In this document: positions 57,837 through 64,000 of the stretch, piece by piece | Numbering within the stretch: position 1 is the first letter of the stretch | Layout: the number at the start of each line of letters is the position of its first letter | Origin: Macrostomum lignano | Taxonomy: Eukaryota | Length of the DNA: 64,000 nucleotides | NCBI GenBank assembly: GCA_002269645.1 | Contig: NIVC01000012.1 | Span: forward strand, 496,001-560,000 | Direction: 5' to 3' | The notes under the pieces: generated by a model | Seen by the model: only the letters and a program-made list of their open reading frames with translations | Database searches by the model: none | Told to the model about the DNA's origin: nothing | Program-made: the position numbers and the translations under genes

Positions 57837-60800
57837 TCAGTACACGTTGAGAAAGAGCTTAACATTACTACTGGATCTCTGCATGCTGCTGCTGCTACCT
57901 TTTTTGCTAGTAGGCGAAGATTGCAACAAGATTTCGTGAACAGTCTGCAACAGACTGACCTCTTGTGGTTGACTGCGCCCCGATTGACTTTTCTGAGCAT
58001 TGTCCCCGTCTTGAGCAACTAGGAAACCATTGAGACTCATTTGAAATGGTCTGCCTCGCGTGTCGGTTAGCAGTCCTAAACGAACTAGCAGTGGTTGCAG
58101 CGCTGTGCAAAGGTAACTCTTTGGACTGACTTGAAGGCGAAACAGGTGTGTGTTGCTGCAGTATCCTTGATTGGAGCTGCTTCCACCTGCAGCCGATGAT
58201 CTCTTGGTCGATTTGCCAGTAGATTTTGTCTGCACGATAAAAAATCGAATTGTTTTCTGGTTAAAACAATTGATAAATTGATTATACGATTTTTCGTGTT
58301 AAATCTAGTAACTATCCACTTAATTATCCAATTATTGCATAAAGCCAGCCTTCAAAAACCATTCTAGAAAACGTAAATTTCTCCTTGATATTAAGTGAAT
58401 AAAGATACAAATAATCTTGAATGAATAACGAAAATTTTGTTTTCTGTTTCCTCAAAAAATTGAAGGCTCGGGTTGTCTAACAATTAAGCCTAAAAGTATA
58501 ACAATTTTTTCCCTCCATAACCCTATCACAAGACTATGAAAAGGGAAAAAAAACTTCGTAAAAACGAACTTAAGTTAATAAAACTTTCTAAAAGATATTT
58601 TCTTTTTTTAGTTTATTAATTTGTCCGTATTTCGTGCTTTACCCACCTTGACTGCTCCACCTTTGCCATTAGTTGCGCTTAGTTGACCAACACCAAATTG
58701 GTCTGCTGTTGCAGGCTCTCTTTTAGGAATTCGAACGTTCAAATCGACCCAAAATTTGTCCATCTCGTCTTTTTTCAGTGCAATATTTCTCTGTACAATT
58801 TCTTGAAGACGCTGATTGAGCTGCTTCAAACGGTCTGGATCGGTCAGGCTGGAGGTCTGCGGTTGAGTCAGCTGCTTCAGCCGGGACAGACGGTTGCGGA
58901 ACTCGGTCAGGAACCGTTGGCGAGTTTCTGGACTGCATACTGCGATGAAAATGGAATCAGGATTGTGTCTGTCTTAACAGTGGATTGTGTCCATCTTAAC
59001 AGTGGATTGTGTCTGTCTAAACAGTGGATTGTGTCCATCTTAACAGTGGATTGTGTCCGTTTTAACAGTGGATTGTGTCCATCTTAACAGTGGATTGTGT
59101 CCGTTTTAACAGTGGATTGTGTCCATCTTAACAGTGGATTGTGTCCGTTTTAACAGTGGATTGTGTCCGTCTAAACAGTGTGTTGTGTCCGTCTTAACAG
59201 TGGATTGTGTCCGTCTTAACAGTGGATTGTGTCCGTCTAAACAGTGTGTTGTGTCCGTCTTAACAGTGGATTGTTTCCGTCTAAACAGTGGGTTGTGTCC
59301 GTCTTAACAGTGGATTGTGTCCGTCTAAACAGTGGGTTGTGTCCGTCTAAACAGTGGGTTGTGTCCGTTTTAACAGTGGATTGTGTCCGTCTAAACAGTG
59401 GGTTGTGTCCGTCTAAACAGTGGGTTGTGTCCGTTTTAACAGTGGATTGTTTCCGTCTAAACAGTGGGTTGTGTCCGTCTAAACAGTGGGTTGTGTCCGT
59501 CTTAACAGTGGATTGTGTCCGTCTAAAAATGGATTGTGTCCGCGTAGATATATGTGAATTGTTTGTTTTTCTTATTATTGGTTGGCTCTACAACTGTTCA
59601 CTTAAAACAGTTTCCAAACAGTTTCAATTATTAGATTTTTAATTAGACACATACCATGGTCTTCATTGTCACTTTCACCGCTTCCAACGCTACTGCCGCA
59701 GTCTCCTTGGTTGATATCCGAAACATCTAATTGACCGCTAGAAGAGTCCTTGCCCGTTGTATCCTTGCTGAAGAGGCTCCTTAGCCGACTGCCTGATATT
59801 GCAGGGCAAGCCTCTACAGTTTGCCTGCCTGATTCGCTGGATTGAATTGAAGAATTAAAAAATGTTTTAACTAAGCTCAAAGTGAGCATTGCGCTGCATT
59901 TTTTTCGTACCACTGTCTGCCCTGTCAACCCCAGTCTGCTCAGTATCTCCCATCTCCTACCTAGCAACTGTCACTCCACTGTCTCTCCTGTCACTCCACA
60001 GTCTCTCCTGTCACTCCACTGTCTGTCCTGTCACTCCACTGTCTCTCCTGTCACTCCACAGTCTCTCCTGTCACTCCACTGTCTGTCCTGTCACTCCACT
60101 GTCTCTCCTGTCACTCCACAGTCTCTCCTGTCACTCCACTGTCTGTCCTGTCACTCCACTGTCTCTCCTGTCACTCCACAGTCTCTCCTGTCACTCCACT
60201 GTCTGTCCTGTCACTCCACTGTCTGTCCTGTCACTCCACTGTCTCTGTAACAGGTCGTTTATCGGTAGTCTCTGAAAGGCCTCTCACGCCCACTACCTTA
60301 CACGCCTGCTACCCCTCTGCCACGACAGACAGAAGCTTCGAAGAACTGAGACAAGTCCTTTTCTTAGGTTTGAGCTCAAACTCTACTAAACTCGGCAGTG
60401 GAGAGCCTCGGCTCTTTCAATTGCATTGTATTTATAATGCTCGACATTGTGCTCGGGGGCAGCGTTGGGTGGTGGCGTGATATTTTTCCGCCCCACCCAT
60501 CTTATTTGCTTTTTTTATAGTTAGGCAGTTAGATAAATTAACACAGAGAGGGCACGCATGGTCTGCGTGGCTGTTTTAGTGCAGGCAAATGGGTGGGTCT
60601 AACATTAAATATCTCTGATAAGTTTGTAATAGCATATCAGCGTTTTGAACGCTGATAGTCTCTCCTGTCACTCCACTGTCTCTCCTGTCACTCCACTGTC
60701 TCTCCTGTCACTCCACTGTCTGTCCTGTCACTCCACTGTCTCTCCTGTCACTCCACAGTCTCTCCTGTCACTCCACTGTCTCTCCTGTCACTCCACTGTC

Positions 60801-60907
60801 TCTTTGTGTCACCCCAAGTCTCACCTGTCCCACAGATCATCAAACATAGAACTGTCGGTGTCATCTGACGAGCTGCTGTTGCTGGGTGCACAATGTATAT
60901 TTTTGAA
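57837..60907 (-). CDS. Hypothetical protein (~296-317 aa): acidic N-terminus, coiled-coil middle, possible ubiquitin/SUMO-like C-terminal fold
   Basis: Exons (minus) 60825-60907, 59655-59836, 58647-58939, 57837-58229 join with GT-AG and consistent phases into one open frame (FKNIHC..MFDDLWDSESGRQ..NEDHGVCSPETRQRFLTEF..GAVKTKSTGK..LFLNVY*). Confidence 0.75.
58972..59535 (+). repeat. 22-bp minisatellite (TAACAGTGGATTGTGTCCGTCT) filling an intron
   Basis: Tandem units. Confidence 0.95.
59945..60805 (+). repeat. 20-bp minisatellite (GTCTCTCCTGTCACTCCACT), two blocks 59945-60246 and 60655-60805
   Basis: Tandem units split by ~400 bp of other sequence. Confidence 0.9.
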
Positions 60908-61760
60908 CTGCAACCGCATTTTTTATAAACGATGATTAGCCTTCGCCTGACAGACAAAGCTTGCCGCAGTTGTTTGTACTAATTTCCAGTCTCGCATTAA
61001 TTCACTACTAGTTCTCTCTAGAATATCGATTAACAAAATCAGTCTATCAATTGTCTATGGCCAGACAGTTCTCATTAAATCAAACGCGAGTCACAAACTT
61101 TGACCTTCTTTGACCGACTTTTGACTGTCAGTTTTTAACCATTTCTATTGCCTTTAATGACATGTACATGTTTGCATTAATACTCTATGATTATGTAATC
61201 AAAAATGAACATTAAGGTATACATGCATGCGATCGATAAACTATACCTTACTAATGTGTACTCTAGCAAAGTGGATGGTGATAGTCAGAAGTTTATCTGG
61301 GGTGGGGGGAGTCACTGACGCAGCTGAGCCACAACATTCAGATAGTCAGGCGCCAGGAAATTCCACTGTTTTCTGGCTCGCCAACTTTCACTTTTTCCTT
61401 TATCACCATTTTTGTTGACAATGTACAATAATAAAAAAATTCAATTTTTTTAAGATCAGCCGCGTCTTGATCTTTACGCTTTTCACTAAACGCAGTATAT
61501 TTTGCATATTTTATTTTGCACCCGTGATAAAACAAAATTACATGTAATATAGTATTTTTTTGATAATTATTACAAATTATATAGTACAGTGCAGTAAAAA
61601 AATAGAACTTTTTCATTTTGGGGGATTGCCTCTTATGATGCAAGAGGGCGCAAGAGGAGCGTATTTTTACTGCATGATTTTATTAATTACAGGGTATTAA
61701 TAAAAGTACAGGATATACTGGCTTTCTTGCAAATGTCAACTTTTGCAAGTGTCAACAGCT

Positions 61761-62213
61761 TCAGCCCGCAGTAGCATATTTGCGAGTAGCCTCTCGGGCG
61801 AGTCGTACGAACTCTCCGTAATTGGTCTTGTACTGCCGGCCGATGTTTCCCACTAGTGGATCGTCCGGATTCGGTTCGGACAGCAGCGAAGTCAACGACA
61901 GCAGCACCTTGCTGATGGTGAGGGCCGGCGACCACTGCTTCTGCAGAATGTCCAAGCAGACCAAACCCCTACTATTGATGTTCGGATGATAGATTTGAGT
62001 CAGGAATTGCAGTTTCGGCGGTTTTAACGGATAATCGCTTGGAAACTGGATGCGCAGATCGAATTGACCGTTCTCGTACGGAGTACCGGCAGGTCCCACG
62101 ATGACACCGCGCCACGTCAGCAGGTCCTCATCAATCGGCCCGGCTGAGACATATGGCAACGGGTCCGACTGCATCGTACGTAGCTCGCGAACAATTCGAT
62201 TTCTTGCGGACAT
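61761..62213 (-). CDS. UBE2D: Ubiquitin-conjugating enzyme E2, UBE2D/Ubc4 class, intronless CDS, 150 aa
   Basis: GPAGTPYENG, FPSDYPLKPPK, YHPNIN, active-site VCLDIL, QWSPALTISKVLLS, PNPDDPL; AATAAA on the minus strand at 61678-61683. Confidence 0.92.
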   Translation of the reverse strand: MSARNRIVRELRTMQSDPLPYVSAGPIDEDLLTWRGVIVGPAGTPYENGQFDLRIQFPSDYPLKPPKLQFLTQIYHPNINSRGLVCLDILQKQWSPALTISKVLLSLTSLLSEPNPDDPLVGNIGRQYKTNYGEFVRLAREATRKYATAG

Positions 62214-62929
62214 GCTGGCACAGTTGCAGATGAACTTGCTTGTTCCAATGCCAGTTAGTTGGTAGTTCGCTCTGAAACTAAGTTATGAGCATAATTCTGC
62301 TATATTTATACCCTCACTAAATAAACCACCGCAAAATGTACACTAATCTAATGTGAAAGATCTACGTGCGTCTAAGCTAAAAACAGTTTAGCTTGTACGC
62401 GTGGGTGCAATCTCTGACTGAAATTCTATTTTTAGAACTCTGATGACATTCAAAGTTCTGTCCGAGTAATCTAATTCTTGTGACGTCCTAGCTATTTTTA
62501 AAACCTCAATTTTGCTACCTTTCATTCAGTGCGTGAGAAAAAACCTGATGTTATTCCGTCATAGCTAAATTAATTCGCATGCATGCAATCTTGTGACTTG
62601 TTGATTGAAGAGAGCACAATAGAACGATATTATTGTATTTTTCCAATTTCGAATACAATTTTTGGGCCAGTTACTAGGCACGTTTTCTGTCATCACAACA
62701 GGGAACTTTGGTTTAACTAAAGCCCCGCGTTTTTGAGGACTGAAATTTGAAAAACCGACAACTTTATCAGTATGTGGAAGCTGCAATTCTTCTGTCTAGC
62801 TGAGTGTTGCATAGATGTAAAGTGATAAAAAATGACATTTCTCTGTCTTCACTTTATTGAAGAACACTGGTGCAGAATCACTACATGTATATCACAGAGT
62901 TATGAGACTGAGAGGAACATTGAGTCATG

Positions 62930-63705
62930 GAGAAACATTGGGTCATGTGGGCTGAGGACCAGTGGATCATGGGGTTGAGTAAGAGTGGGTCATGGGGCTG
63001 AGTAAGAGTGGGTCATGGGGCTGAGTAAGAGTGGGTCATGGGGCTGAGGACCATTGGGTCATGGGGCTGAGTAAGAGTGTCATGGGGCTGAGGACCATTG
63101 GGTCATGGGGCTGAGTAAGAGTGGGTCATGGGGTTGAGGACCATTGGGTCATGGGGCTGAGTAAGAGTGGGTCATGGAGTTGAGTAAGAGTGGGTCATGG
63201 GGCTGAGGACCAATGGGTCATGGGGCTGAGTAAGAGTGGGTCATGGGGCTGAGTAAGAGTGGGTCATGGGGCTGAGTAAGAGTGGGTCATGGAGCTGAGT
63301 AAGAGTGGGTCATGGGGCTGAGTAAGAGTGGGTCATGGGGCTGAGTAAGAGTGGGTCATGGGGCTGAGTAAGAGTGGGTCATGGGGCTGAGTAAGAGTGG
63401 GTCATGGGGCTGAGTAAGAGTGGGTCATGGGGCTGAGTAAGAGTGGGTCATGGGGTTGAGGACCATTTGGTCATGGGGCTGAGTAAGAGTGGGTCATGGG
63501 GCTGAGTAAGAGTGGGTCATGGGGCTGAGGACCAATGGGTCATGGGGCTGAGTAAGAGTGGGTCATGGGGCTGAGTAAGAGTGGGTCATGGGGCTGAGGA
63601 CCATTGGGTCATGGGGCTGAGTGAGAGTGGGTCATGGGGCTGAGGAGTGAGGACCATTGGGCCATGGGGCTGAGTAAGAGTGGGTCATGGGGATGAGGAC
63701 CATTG
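62930..63705 (+). repeat. 23-bp minisatellite (GGTCATGGGGCTGAGTAAGAGTG with GAGGACCATTGG variants)
   Basis: Tandem units; same family as 34830-35165. Confidence 0.95.
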
Positions 63706-64000
63706 TAGAGATCTCCAGATAAGATACAAAGTAGACTACTATAAGTAGCAACATAAAGATGCGAAAAACTCGAATGTTACAAAAACTGCAAATTGTCATA
63801 CTCTATTTTTAAAGACCACAAAAACAACAAGTGACCATCTTTTGCAACATTTAAATTTAGAACTCCGAATATGGTATCGGCGCTCAAAGCTAATGTATTC
63901 CATAGGGGTCAAATTTCCAAAGCGCGAAACTGTCACCTACTAAAAATAATCTGTTTCTCAACAATTTTTCCTATAAATACAAGCCAAAATCTGAGCTAAA

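Overview
Eukaryotic, invertebrate-type genomic DNA. GC-rich exons, GT-AG introns packed with 14-41 bp minisatellites, and tRNA/CORE-SINEs and MITEs suggest a free-living flatworm such as Macrostomum; this is an inference from sequence style only. No rRNA, bona fide tRNA or CRISPR features were found. Most long ORFs in the supplied track are translations of tandem repeats. Genes were assembled by hand from splice sites and reading phase: an aryl hydrocarbon receptor (AHR/spineless; 7 exons, runs off the left edge), a TM-less Bcl-2-family gene of BCL2L12/14 type, SLC25A20, STX18, a GPI-anchored Ly6/uPAR-domain protein, an orphan single-pass microprotein, a C-type lectin/PAN gene plus pseudogene copies, a divergent Cys-loop (nAChR-like) subunit, two tandem NDUFA4/COXFA4-like genes, an unknown 4-exon gene and an intronless UBE2D-like E2. 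Four non-obvious signals stand out. (1) Two copies of one dispersed repeat differ almost wholly at CpGs: 18 of 19 are TG/CA/TA in the copy inside a CpG-poor 7-kb domain, a footprint of region-specific germline CpG methylation. (2) Two ~1-kb arrays of the same 14-mer face each other across a 1.5-kb loop (foldback or inversion). (3) Phase-0 splice acceptors in STX18 and the unknown gene fit a spliced leader that donates the start AUG, possibly in polycistronic units. (4) XRE (TNGCGTG) motifs cluster across the AHR locus itself.
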